Shown: piece after piece, positions 27,101 to 35,023 of the stretch
Layout of the letters: the number at the start of each line of letters is the position of its first letter
Position numbering within the stretch: position 1 is the first letter of the stretch
Virus record (IMG/VR): IMGVR_UViG_2529292698_000003
Length of the DNA: 64,000 nt
DNA from: a virus
Reading direction: 5' to 3' (one strand)
Position numbers and translations under genes: made by a program
Notes under the pieces: generated by a model
Seen by the model: only the letters and a program-made list of their open reading frames with translations
Database searches by the model: none
Told to the model about the DNA's origin: nothing

Positions 27101-27662
27101 ATGTACTCCAACCCCACTCTAAAAAAACCGTATATCCTAATCTCATATATAAAAGATCAATGAAATCAAATTGTTCTCTAGTATAAGCTGTAAGTTTAAC
27201 AGTTGCTTCTTTTATAGACCCTCTGTTTTTATTTTTAATATCGACACTGGTTATACCAGGCATAGGGACTAAACCAAATTCTAAATCGTTTATTTTGCCT
27301 TTTTGATTAACATTATATGTACCTGAGTTAGGGTCGGTTATATTTAGGTTACGGTTTGAGTTTGTTCCTCGTTGAATTAATTTCTTTTCTTCTAGACTAG
27401 CAACACCCCCAAATAGAACTCTTTGTTTAGCTAACTCCATTCCTGAAAATGAAGCATCCATTCCTTCTCTTTTAAGTCTTTCTTCTGAAATTTTAGCTCC
27501 TGAAGCTAATTTTACCCAAGCTGTTTTTGAGTTAAGGTAGTTTAAATATTCAATGGAGCGTGGGTTATTTGATGTACCTGAACCGTGAATGTCTTGTCTA
27601 ACATTTATTTGTTTTCGGACATATTTTTCAAATTCTTCTCCAATAATATTATTGTTAGCCAT
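24132..27662 (-). CDS. Baseplate hub / tail-associated lysin with C-terminal CHAP (NlpC/P60-like) domain
   Basis: 1176 aa; PWCAWFC, PGDIA...GHVDIV, AIGGNT at C-terminus; position in baseplate block. Confidence 0.65.
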   Translation of the reverse strand: MANNNIIGEEFEKYVRKQINVRQDIHGSGTSNNPRSIEYLNYLNSKTAWVKLASGAKISEERLKREGMDASFSGMELAKQRVLFGGVASLEEKKLIQRGTNSNRNLNITDPNSGTYNVNQKGKINDLEFGLVPMPGITSVDIKNKNRGSIKEATVKLTAYTREQFDFIDLLYMRLGYTVFLEWGWSTYYDNNEEYKNMNYTLIEDKDGFFNEGWGQGDNSNNTPTLTNAASLAGTIFSPNFPISTLSPKTFSDFLNKITEYREKHDGNYDGLLAKVRNFDWTISENGTYDITLSLISVGDVIESLKMNVPPTKEVIDFFTKLNFLEEGKELGGETPEVFPIDNSIKAHLNLWKFSDQQSIEGSTNPWENGLTYRLDGIDIAEEDGRIETGRFVEFQPEIKIPINNRVYTLPPSEVENKILELKREYKEEIKNGDIVIGTSPFLSDVISVSGQKSLTTTKFISDGSSYGKEVFTLNYITEEGNKNVDNPQYYMRLGYLLQYTESTIIPIEKNTSEKIIKIHTDQWDSNRMYHFPYQQSYDPRVCLVRSKYPVGLNQSLEVLPQLPGWFEEGNDYAYLMNIYINFSQIESSINDNLDEEGNLSLYDFLSSLCSAINKALGGVNNLEPTIDEETNTIRIIDGSYTPDEPPADDYTLELYGYNTTNNSSNFVRKFSVKSTVSKEYASMVSIGATAAGYTKGMEATMLSKWNTGITDRFKEEYIQPDPSTNPLPSGSANEAVINYVENVLLKPPITNRSSNGGYYLDTELINTQVSFATEFYKYCQYQFKQKNPKYGSPIIGFVPINLNLSMDGISGMKIYNVVRTSTRFLPKNYTDSLRFLTTSVNHKLNNNDWETSINTVVIPENYDEKGNKIFPYNERFEEVNRILIENVSLKYGIKTQTASGPLAKTRTNPNEGFFTGNRSGDTSLGIEGKSYQGELAKGALSDQEIQQKVKNSGMEFKRGGDPVEYLRDNAIRKRIVEIAASYVGLNELPGNNQGWHNIIYENKFKELKYKWTIPEPWCAWFCQLVWKEAFTTGNAYTPSIDSAASAVNIPTTFADTYKGIWNGLLEGGAIVSPGTATIKNNFKTNPKLQFITRKQVLNKTKTPKPGDIAKYTYKDGGHVDIVVATYPGGYAAIGGNTGAGNSRDGGATKFISNKSYNASSLDGFAVVPTISNQKT

Positions 27663-27674
27663 AACTTTTTATTT

Positions 27675-27986
27675 TTAATTATTTATAGAATCAAATTGAG
27701 CTATAATTTCAGCAGTTCGACTTGGAGCAGGTATTCTTAATTGGATACCACGAGGAGGTATTAATGAATCTTTTCCATATTCAGGATTCGCACTAGATAT
27801 AATCCACCATAAAGTAGAATCACCATAATATGAAAGTGCTAAAACATCATATCTATCCCCCATAGCAGTATAAACATATATATCCTCAAAAGATCTAGAT
27901 ATCTCAGGATATTTGGTGGTTGCATATCTACGTTGAGTAGATGTAGTTGATGGGTTAAATAGTCCTATGTTTTGGTATCTTTTCAT
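27675..27986 (-). CDS. Baseplate LysM/tail-X-type protein (gp53-like)
   Basis: GDRYDVLALSYYGDSTLWWIISSAN...GIQLRIP. Confidence 0.7.
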   Translation of the reverse strand: MKRYQNIGLFNPSTTSTQRRYATTKYPEISRSFEDIYVYTAMGDRYDVLALSYYGDSTLWWIISSANPEYGKDSLIPPRGIQLRIPAPSRTAEIIAQFDSINN

Positions 27987-27994
27987 ATATTAAT

Positions 27995-30112
27995 TTAAGA
28001 TTCTAAACCACTATGCCAACTTGGGTTAAATTCTAAGTCGTTTGTTATAAATCTGTTTGGATTTGTAAGGTTTTCTGTTTGAATTTCTGGTCTAAATGTA
28101 TGGATTGGGGTAAATTTAAATCCTGTAACTTTGATCATAAAAGGCAATTCATCAGGATTATTTTTATTAGCTATTTGTCCTTTAGGGGTTAGGGATAGAT
28201 CCCAAGAAGATTCTTGAGGAACCTCATAATTAATACTAGATATAAACCCAGGTTGTTCATAGATATAATCCCCTAATGTTAATTTTGCTAAATTTCCTGC
28301 CATATAACCAGATGTAGTATATGTAGGGGCAAGTGAGGAGGCAAGGAAGTTTAGTTTTTGGTACATCCCATGCATTTCTCCTTGAGAATGAGCTACAACA
28401 GTAAATGCCAAAGAAATATCTCTTTTAAACCCATCATATTTATAGAATTCCTCAGCTCTACCCATGTATTTTTGTCCTTTCCATGTAGCATTATATGAAT
28501 CTGAGAAGCTGTCTATGTAGGCTCTGAAGTTCATATAGTGAGTGTCGGATGGTTTTTTTGGGTCAATAATTCCAATACGAAATGATACTATATCATTGTA
28601 ATCTTTTGAATTTCTTCCATTTGATCCTGAGTCACTGGTGTATATAGGAGAAGCATTTATTTTGTCTAATACATCTTCTTTTTTGGTTATACTTGTAGCA
28701 TAAGTTCCTTTTACTCTTCCTGGGTCTCCTAAAGCTAATCTTCTTTCTATATCGTATGCATTATTTAGAGCATCATCTGGTTTAGGATATTTATCGTTTA
28801 AACTAGTTAGATATGTTGGTTGGTTATTTGGAGCACCCGTCTCTTCTTTAAGTAAATCTCTACCATATGTTTTTTGGTTTGAGGTTATTAATGACTCATT
28901 ATTTAATGGAGAAGTTACATATAAACTACCTGATTTGGTAGAGGAAATAGGAAAGTTAAATATATTTGTTACATCTGATCCTATATTTAAATCTTTATCT
29001 AATTGTCCACTTGATGTATAAGCTGAGTTAGTGGTAATTCCTTTTAATAAAGTTTTAGTGTCAAAGGTTCTACTACCATTTCTAGGATCTTTTCTTAGTT
29101 TTATACTTTCGTCAGATTCATCCTTTAAGCTACCTGATTTGGTAGAGGAAATAGAAAAACCAAATATATCTTTTACATCTGAGCCTATATTTAAATCTGT
29201 ATCTAATTTTCCACTTGATTTATAATCTAAATTAGTAGTAATTCCTTTTAATAAAATTTCAGTGTTAAATGTTCTATTACCATTTTTAGGATCCTTAAAA
29301 ATACCAAATCCATTACTATAAAACTTTTCTAGTTTAGGGTTATTTACCCCTGTTCTTTGGTCTGTGAATCTAATTCGGGTTTTACCTATCCCTAAAATAG
29401 AACCAGGTCCACCCCCATAAACATCAACATCATTAGAGTTACTAAATTTAAATTGTTTATTATACCAAATGTTTAATAATCTGTTACTAAATCCTCCTTC
29501 AATTGTTGTCTGTTCTGTAGGAGAAAAAGTAGGGGTTGTACCTAACTTAGATGTAACACCTCCTGAGGGGTTTGATGTGAGAACAATTGTTGTTTTTTCT
29601 ACAGGAATAGTATTAACCTCAAGTTTATTATTTTCTTTAGCTACATCCTCATACTTATTTATAGAAAGAGGAGATCCATCAAATGGGTTGAGACCTTGTT
29701 TATTTAAATGACTTCCTAAATATCCTACACCTGCTTGTGATAATGTAGATAGAGGAGTGTACACCCCAGCATTTAAACTACCTCCAGCATATCCAAGGCC
29801 TTTAGATGCTTCTGTTTTTGGAGATACTCTTGATAAAAGATTTTGTTTAGCTATAAATAATAAACCACTAGGGGATTTAGTGCTAAACATATATTTAGTT
29901 AATCTAGCAACATCATTAACCGCTCGTGAAGGAGCTTGTACTCCTCCTCTTAGCAGAAAGTCAGTATTCCCTGAAGTTGATATTCCAGATTCTCCATCAA
30001 TAGAGGTTTGGATATATGGTTGTCCACTATCTCCTCCACCAATTCTATCTTTACCAAACTTAAGAGATTTAAGGGAAGTATCCCCATTCTCTAATTTTAT
30101 TAAAAGACCCAT
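27995..30112 (-). CDS. Baseplate/tail tube initiator-like protein
   Basis: C-terminal FRAYIDSFSDSY...YMGRAEEFYKYDGFKRDISL...G.ISS.NY typical of tube-initiator folds. Confidence 0.5.
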   Translation of the reverse strand: MGLLIKLENGDTSLKSLKFGKDRIGGGDSGQPYIQTSIDGESGISTSGNTDFLLRGGVQAPSRAVNDVARLTKYMFSTKSPSGLLFIAKQNLLSRVSPKTEASKGLGYAGGSLNAGVYTPLSTLSQAGVGYLGSHLNKQGLNPFDGSPLSINKYEDVAKENNKLEVNTIPVEKTTIVLTSNPSGGVTSKLGTTPTFSPTEQTTIEGGFSNRLLNIWYNKQFKFSNSNDVDVYGGGPGSILGIGKTRIRFTDQRTGVNNPKLEKFYSNGFGIFKDPKNGNRTFNTEILLKGITTNLDYKSSGKLDTDLNIGSDVKDIFGFSISSTKSGSLKDESDESIKLRKDPRNGSRTFDTKTLLKGITTNSAYTSSGQLDKDLNIGSDVTNIFNFPISSTKSGSLYVTSPLNNESLITSNQKTYGRDLLKEETGAPNNQPTYLTSLNDKYPKPDDALNNAYDIERRLALGDPGRVKGTYATSITKKEDVLDKINASPIYTSDSGSNGRNSKDYNDIVSFRIGIIDPKKPSDTHYMNFRAYIDSFSDSYNATWKGQKYMGRAEEFYKYDGFKRDISLAFTVVAHSQGEMHGMYQKLNFLASSLAPTYTTSGYMAGNLAKLTLGDYIYEQPGFISSINYEVPQESSWDLSLTPKGQIANKNNPDELPFMIKVTGFKFTPIHTFRPEIQTENLTNPNRFITNDLEFNPSWHSGLES
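28922..29296 (-). repeat. Tandem duplication, two 171-nt units with 204-nt period
   Basis: KDPKNGNRTFNTEILLKGITTN...SSTKSGSL and KDPRNGSRTFDTKTLLKGITTN...SSTKSGSL. Confidence 0.9.
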
Positions 30113-30121
30113 CTATATTTT

Positions 30122-30337
30122 TTATTCAGGTAGGTCGTCTGAGTATTTTGGAGGGGTAATTCCATCTAAATCTAATGTAGATGGTGCAGGATATCCAGGT
30201 AATGATGGGACACCATTAATTGAATATTCATAATGTACATTTGATAATGGACTAGCGCTAGGCATTGTTGGTGGTGTTACACCATCAAATTCGCTTAAGT
30301 TTGAACCGTCTGTGTTTAATTTATCTAATATTCCCAT
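30122..30337 (-). CDS. Small Pro-rich virion-associated hypothetical protein
   Basis: 71 aa, own late motif; internal repeat DGVTPP/DGITPP. Confidence 0.6.
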   Translation of the reverse strand: MGILDKLNTDGSNLSEFDGVTPPTMPSASPLSNVHYEYSINGVPSLPGYPAPSTLDLDGITPPKYSDDLPE

Positions 30338-30353
30338 AATTGTTATTGTTTTA

Positions 30354-30363
30354 TTATAAATAT
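30354..30363 (-). promoter_or_regulatory. Class 2 late-type motif ATATTTATAA
   Basis: Exact motif. Confidence 0.65.
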
Positions 30364-30369
30364 TGAAGT

Positions 30370-32958
30370 TTATTGAGTTTTGTAAGCACCTAATTTAAGT
30401 GCTGTACCTACTTTTTGTCCATCTAATTCTACTATTCCTTCGGTTCGGATTACGTTAATGACTTGTAGGTTAGTATCAATAAGCCGTTGGAGAAGAGCGT
30501 TAGTTTGGGTTAGATCGACTTTTCCACCCCCATCAGATTTAACTTTAATTTCCCCTTTTCCAGCCATTTCAGTAGCTTTACCTGGTTCTGATTTAACATC
30601 ATTTCCAAATAAATTTGTTCCGGCTATTACAGTATCTTTATCATTTAATTGAATAGCTCCTTCTGGTCCAAATAGGGTACGTTTACCATAGCCCGAGGAG
30701 CCTTGGCCTGGTGACATTATGTCGTTACCTTTTTTAGCTGATGAGGATGAAGACATCGCGGCTTTAGCTAACATAGCTATCATTCCTACTACTGCTATTG
30801 CCCCTAATGCTGGACCTATTACTGGGATAGCCGCTAAAGAAGCATATATCAGACCTGCTGCTATAACTCCTACTATAGCAGCTATAGGGTATAATACCAC
30901 TTTTAAAGCAGTAGCTGCTGCTGATCCTTTAGATAACCATTCTGAAAAGCTAGAAATTCCACTTGATATGTAACTTACAATATCCCCTATTAATTGAAAT
31001 CCAGCAATTAGGGGGGATAAAATCAGGTTGATTGCAGGCATTACAACTGAAGCAATAGAAGATAACACATCAAATATAGGAGCCAAGGCATCCATTACTT
31101 GTACAAATATTTCTTTTAATTTTTCAACAGTAGCATTAAATTTTTCTTGAGCTGATTGTTGTTCGAGTTGTTTTGCAGCATCTTCTCCTAACATTTTGGA
31201 GATTTCTTCACGGGTTTTTCCCTCTTCTAACAACTGGTTATATCTTTCAAGAGCAGATTGTCCTTCTTCTCCTGCCATAGCTGCTAATGCTTCTCGTTCA
31301 ATTAAAGAAGATGCTAATTGCTCACGAGTTAATCCAACAGCTTTTGCCATAGCCTCTTGTTGGATAACGTTCATTTTATTAAATTCTTCAGATCCTTCTA
31401 GTTGTTTTAAAACTTCTCCAGCAGCTTCTGCAATGTCTCCTTCTAAAGCTAACTGTCTTGCTCTTTCTAGATTAAGATTCTTACCTGTTAAAAGTTCAGC
31501 ACTTAATTCAGCTTCAATTGAAGATTCAAAGTCAAGCATACTTGAAGATATTCTTTCAGCTTGTTCTAAATTTATACCAAATTTTTGAGCTTTAACTACT
31601 GCTTCACCTAACGCTTCAACACTTCCACCTAAAGATAATTTTAGAGCATCTGAGGCTTTATTTACTTCTCTTAAGACTTTATTATTATCAACAACAAGTT
31701 TATTTTGAGAAGCAAAGGCTGTGGCACCACCTAAAGCTGCTTCTACATTATCATCTAAACTTTTACCTGTTGCTAAAGATAATTTTTCAATTCCTATTAA
31801 TTCACTATGTTGAAGACCCGTCTTTTTAACTATGTCTGTCATAGTTTCAAGATCTTCTGTATTTAATTGGGCATTGGTTCCTAATGCTTGACCTACAGCT
31901 AGTTGAGATTCACTTAGATCTTTTACTGAAAGGTTAGAATTCATCGAAAGATTTGCTATAGTTGCAAATTCTTGTCTCATATCAGTTGCTCTTGTAGCAG
32001 ACATTCCTAAACCTTTAGCTAAATCTCCAATGCCTTTTTGGGAGGTTCCAAAAGCATTTATAAGTGCTTGAAAAACATAATCAAGTAAATTAGCACTTGT
32101 TAATTGGTCTTTTAAAGCTTTACCTATATTTTTATATTTGGAGGCTTGGGAGGTGAGTGATTTATTTACAGATTTTAAATCATTTTTTTTCGTTTTTAAA
32201 GCATCTTTATCAGTACCGTATCTTTTCTTTAATTGAGAATATAAGTGTTTTTCTTTAAAAGATAAGTTTTTATATCCTTTATTTTGAAATTCTTGTAACT
32301 TATTTATATTTTCAATTTCATCAGCATTTAATTTTTGTTGGAGGCGAGCATTTTTAGTTTTATCAATAGCATCTTGTAGGGGTTGGGATAAATCCCCAAA
32401 TCCCATTTTAGATAAAATCTTTGCGGCTCCACTTAAACCTGTTCCCAATAAACCTATTTCTTTATTTACTGCTTTTTGATGGTCTATAGTTCTTTGTACT
32501 TCTTCATCAAACATTTGTTGTTGGTCAAGTGCATTTTTTACTTCTTCAGCGTTTGCTTTACTTAACTGTCCACTTCTTAGATCATTTTTTAAAGAAGCAA
32601 ACTTTGTTTTAGCTTGCTGTTGAAGATTTTTCAACTGTTTTTCAGTTAGAGTAGAATCACCTTTTCTATAATCAGTAATTTTTCTAGATATATCTGAAAT
32701 TGAAGAGAGGGATTTTCGTGCATCAGTTAGATAGGAATTTTGGCGAGAGAGTTCATTGACACTATCTTTAAAGGATTTAGATACATAATCTAAATCACTT
32801 CCCATTTCTCTTACTTCTGATCTAAGTCCTTGTAAGGCAAGTTTAGCAGCCTCTATATCTTCTTCTTTAAAAGGTTTAAGAGGGTCATCTCCTAACTCTT
32901 TACGAAGTTTATTTATTTCTTTGTTTATATCTTCTAATTGCTTTTTTAAATCAGCCAT
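30370..32958 (-). CDS. Tape measure protein
   Basis: 862 aa, helical Ala/Leu/Gln-rich, hydrophobic C-terminal segments, follows tail chaperone genes. Confidence 0.8.
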   Translation of the reverse strand: MADLKKQLEDINKEINKLRKELGDDPLKPFKEEDIEAAKLALQGLRSEVREMGSDLDYVSKSFKDSVNELSRQNSYLTDARKSLSSISDISRKITDYRKGDSTLTEKQLKNLQQQAKTKFASLKNDLRSGQLSKANAEEVKNALDQQQMFDEEVQRTIDHQKAVNKEIGLLGTGLSGAAKILSKMGFGDLSQPLQDAIDKTKNARLQQKLNADEIENINKLQEFQNKGYKNLSFKEKHLYSQLKKRYGTDKDALKTKKNDLKSVNKSLTSQASKYKNIGKALKDQLTSANLLDYVFQALINAFGTSQKGIGDLAKGLGMSATRATDMRQEFATIANLSMNSNLSVKDLSESQLAVGQALGTNAQLNTEDLETMTDIVKKTGLQHSELIGIEKLSLATGKSLDDNVEAALGGATAFASQNKLVVDNNKVLREVNKASDALKLSLGGSVEALGEAVVKAQKFGINLEQAERISSSMLDFESSIEAELSAELLTGKNLNLERARQLALEGDIAEAAGEVLKQLEGSEEFNKMNVIQQEAMAKAVGLTREQLASSLIEREALAAMAGEEGQSALERYNQLLEEGKTREEISKMLGEDAAKQLEQQSAQEKFNATVEKLKEIFVQVMDALAPIFDVLSSIASVVMPAINLILSPLIAGFQLIGDIVSYISSGISSFSEWLSKGSAAATALKVVLYPIAAIVGVIAAGLIYASLAAIPVIGPALGAIAVVGMIAMLAKAAMSSSSSAKKGNDIMSPGQGSSGYGKRTLFGPEGAIQLNDKDTVIAGTNLFGNDVKSEPGKATEMAGKGEIKVKSDGGGKVDLTQTNALLQRLIDTNLQVINVIRTEGIVELDGQKVGTALKLGAYKTQ

Positions 32959-32972
32959 TCCCCAATATTTTG

Positions 32973-32982
32973 TTATAAATAT
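32973..32982 (-). promoter_or_regulatory. Class 2 late-type motif ATATTTATAA
   Basis: Exact motif. Confidence 0.65.
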
Positions 32983-32995
32983 TTAAAACTATAAT

Positions 32996-33313
32996 CTATT
33001 TATAATTTGATTGTTTTTTATAGGGTTCAGATGCTTTTAAGAATTCAGGAGTATTTACGGTACCATCAGAGTTTACTACAGATTTCTTCCCTTTTCCTCC
33101 ATTTTTAGCATTCTCATATTCTTCATTTTCTTTTTTATAGAAATCTGAGATTCTGTTGAATGTAAAACGACGAAGCCAAATTGGCATGTTGTAAACATCA
33201 TGCCAACTATATCCACCTTTTCCGTGGAAGACTATTTCATGTATTTGGGTAAAAATTACAGCTCTAGCTTGAGGAATATTATCAAGCGTCAGGCCAAAAA
33301 AAGCTAACCCCAA
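32996..33313 (-). CDS. Tail chaperone C-terminal extension, probably reached by frameshift
   Basis: Overlaps upstream gene in +1 frame across a T7 run; only a TTG start in the overlap. Confidence 0.6.
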   Translation of the reverse strand: MGLAFFGLTLDNIPQARAVIFTQIHEIVFHGKGGYSWHDVYNMPIWLRRFTFNRISDFYKKENEEYENAKNGGKGKKSVVNSDGTVNTPEFLKASEPYKKQSNYK

Positions 33314-34010
33314 TTGGGATATTGACTCTATCGTTTGACCCTTCGGGAAAAAAAGTTAATTCAACATCGGGTTGAATTTCTTTAATATACTCTCTTAGGG
33401 CTCTCGAGTCCCTGGCTAGCAGATAATTGTCGACAAATTCTCGAATATCTTTACTTTCTGTTTTTCCTTCAACTGAAGTGATAAGGTATTTGAGTCGGGT
33501 TGTGAGTTCAGGGGAATTGTCTTTGTTTATCTTTTTAAGTCCTTCTAATTCTCTGCTAATATTCTGTTCATCTTTGTGTGTTAAAAGCTTGAAAGTAACT
33601 TTATTACCAGAGTGGGGAAGAGTAAATTCAAAGTTGTTTTCACCGTCTTTAAATAGCTCCTCATTAAGTGGTTTGTTTTCGAGTGTAGATAAATCTATGG
33701 TATGATCTTCACCTAAAATTGAAAATGAGTAATCTTTACCATATCCTAAAATACGAGCAGCAACCATAATTGCATTTTTATCTCCAATCAATAGATCATC
33801 ATAGTTGATTTTAGATACAATAAGAGATTTCATTAATTTATCAAGTACTGTTCCTTTTTGAATATATGATTGGTTTGTAAGGATATCTTCTTCCTTAGCT
33901 GTCATATATTTCATTTCAAGTGTTCCTTTTGCTAATTCGGATCCTTCAGGGTAAAGTAAACCTTTAGATGGAAGTTCAATAACTTCAGTAGGTAATTTAA
34001 ATTCGCTCAT
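33282..34010 (-). CDS. Baseplate hub assembly / tail chaperone (gp26-like)
   Basis: LPTEVIELPSKG, MKYMTAKEEDIL, IMVAARILGYG; ends SFFWPDA. Confidence 0.65.
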   Translation of the reverse strand: MSEFKLPTEVIELPSKGLLYPEGSELAKGTLEMKYMTAKEEDILTNQSYIQKGTVLDKLMKSLIVSKINYDDLLIGDKNAIMVAARILGYGKDYSFSILGEDHTIDLSTLENKPLNEELFKDGENNFEFTLPHSGNKVTFKLLTHKDEQNISRELEGLKKINKDNSPELTTRLKYLITSVEGKTESKDIREFVDNYLLARDSRALREYIKEIQPDVELTFFPEGSNDRVNIPIGVSFFWPDA

Positions 34011-34041
34011 AATTTTTATTTAATTGTAACTATATTGTTAT

Positions 34042-34051
34042 ATATAAATAT
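34042..34051 (-). promoter_or_regulatory. Class 2 late-type motif ATATTTATAT
   Basis: TATTTATA core 34043-34050. Confidence 0.6.
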
Positions 34052-34424
34052 TACAAAGAGGAGTCTTTGATGAATTAATTAATAATTTTTACCTTGTGTA
34101 CTAAAAAGATCAAAATCTTTGTACACTTTAGATTCTAGTTTGTCGACTCGAGAGTCGGTGTGTCGAACAACTTGTTCTTCAACACGGTTAATTTGTTCAT
34201 ATAAATCATTTCGGTAGCGTTCTACCTCATAATGTAATTCTCTAACGTTAGCATCTAACTCTCGTTGAGTGTTTTCCGTTTGTTTACGGATAATATTCAT
34301 AGTCTTTAAGACCAAAAACGTTCCTACAACAAGTAATAAATCAATCACTGCAAGAACACCTAGAGTAAAAGATAGTGTTTCCATAGTTTTATTTATATTA
34401 TATCAAAGAACTCCTCTTGTAATA
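34049..34424. repeat. 23-nt imperfect inverted repeat (34049-34071 and 34402-34424) flanking one ORF
   Basis: TATTACAAAGAGGAGTCTTTGAT and ATCAAAGAACTCCTCTTGTAATA: 22 bp with two single-nt bulges. Confidence 0.85.
34079..34384 (-). CDS. Single-TM coiled-coil protein inserted in tail operon
   Basis: N-terminal TM then heptads; own class 1 promoter. Confidence 0.7.
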   Translation of the reverse strand: METLSFTLGVLAVIDLLLVVGTFLVLKTMNIIRKQTENTQRELDANVRELHYEVERYRNDLYEQINRVEEQVVRHTDSRVDKLESKVYKDFDLFSTQGKNY

Positions 34425-34428
34425 ATAT

Positions 34429-34457
34429 AATATAAAAAAAGAGCTTGGCAACGCCAA
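34429..34457 (-). promoter_or_regulatory. Class 1 promoter TTGGCG-N17-TATATT interlaced with terminator
   Basis: Exact spacer. Confidence 0.65.
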
Positions 34458-34461
34458 GCTC
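34434..34461 (-). terminator. Intrinsic terminator after tail tube gene
   Basis: GAGCTTGGC-GTT-GCCAAGCTC-T7. Confidence 0.85.
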
Positions 34462-34486
34462 AAATTTAAATTTATCTAAACTTTTA

Positions 34487-34975
34487 TTAGTAATTCAAAA
34501 TACAATAATCTGGTTGTACAGTCATTGTGATGTTTACAGCAGTACCATCATCATCCCAGTTATACTCTCCAAATGTTGCGTTAGTGATTAATGCTCCTTT
34601 AACAATCCATTCAGAAACAATATCTCCAACAGGTCCTACAACATTAAATGTTAGATCCTTTTTATAGAAATCAGAGTAACCATCTCTACCTGTTACAGAT
34701 TCGTGATGTAAACGTACCCATTCCATTACTGCTTGAGCACCAGAAGGGGTGATTGGGTCAAATAATGTGAATTGGATTGTACCCCATTTTGTTTTACCCT
34801 TAACATAACGTTGTACGTTAATATGGTTAAGAGCAACTGCTGTTTGGTCTAATGTTACAGCTCCCATTCCTTTTACTAAATATGATGGGATACCATCAAT
34901 GTATAGGATGAACCTGTTGGTTTGCTTTGGTTCAAAAGCTGTGTAAAATATTTCGTTTGGATCTAATACTGCCAT
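34487..34975 (-). CDS. gp19: Tail tube protein
   Basis: FEPKQTNRF, GKTKWGTIQFTLFDPI, GRDGY...YKKD; follows sheath genes. Confidence 0.85.
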   Translation of the reverse strand: MAVLDPNEIFYTAFEPKQTNRFILYIDGIPSYLVKGMGAVTLDQTAVALNHINVQRYVKGKTKWGTIQFTLFDPITPSGAQAVMEWVRLHHESVTGRDGYSDFYKKDLTFNVVGPVGDIVSEWIVKGALITNATFGEYNWDDDGTAVNITMTVQPDYCILNY

Positions 34976-34998
34976 TTTCTGTTATATTAATGTTCTAG

Positions 34999-35008
34999 TT
35001 ATAAATAT
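34999..35008 (-). promoter_or_regulatory. Class 2 late-type motif ATATTTATAA
   Basis: Exact motif. Confidence 0.65.
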
Positions 35009-35023
35009 TAGCTATTCTAATTT

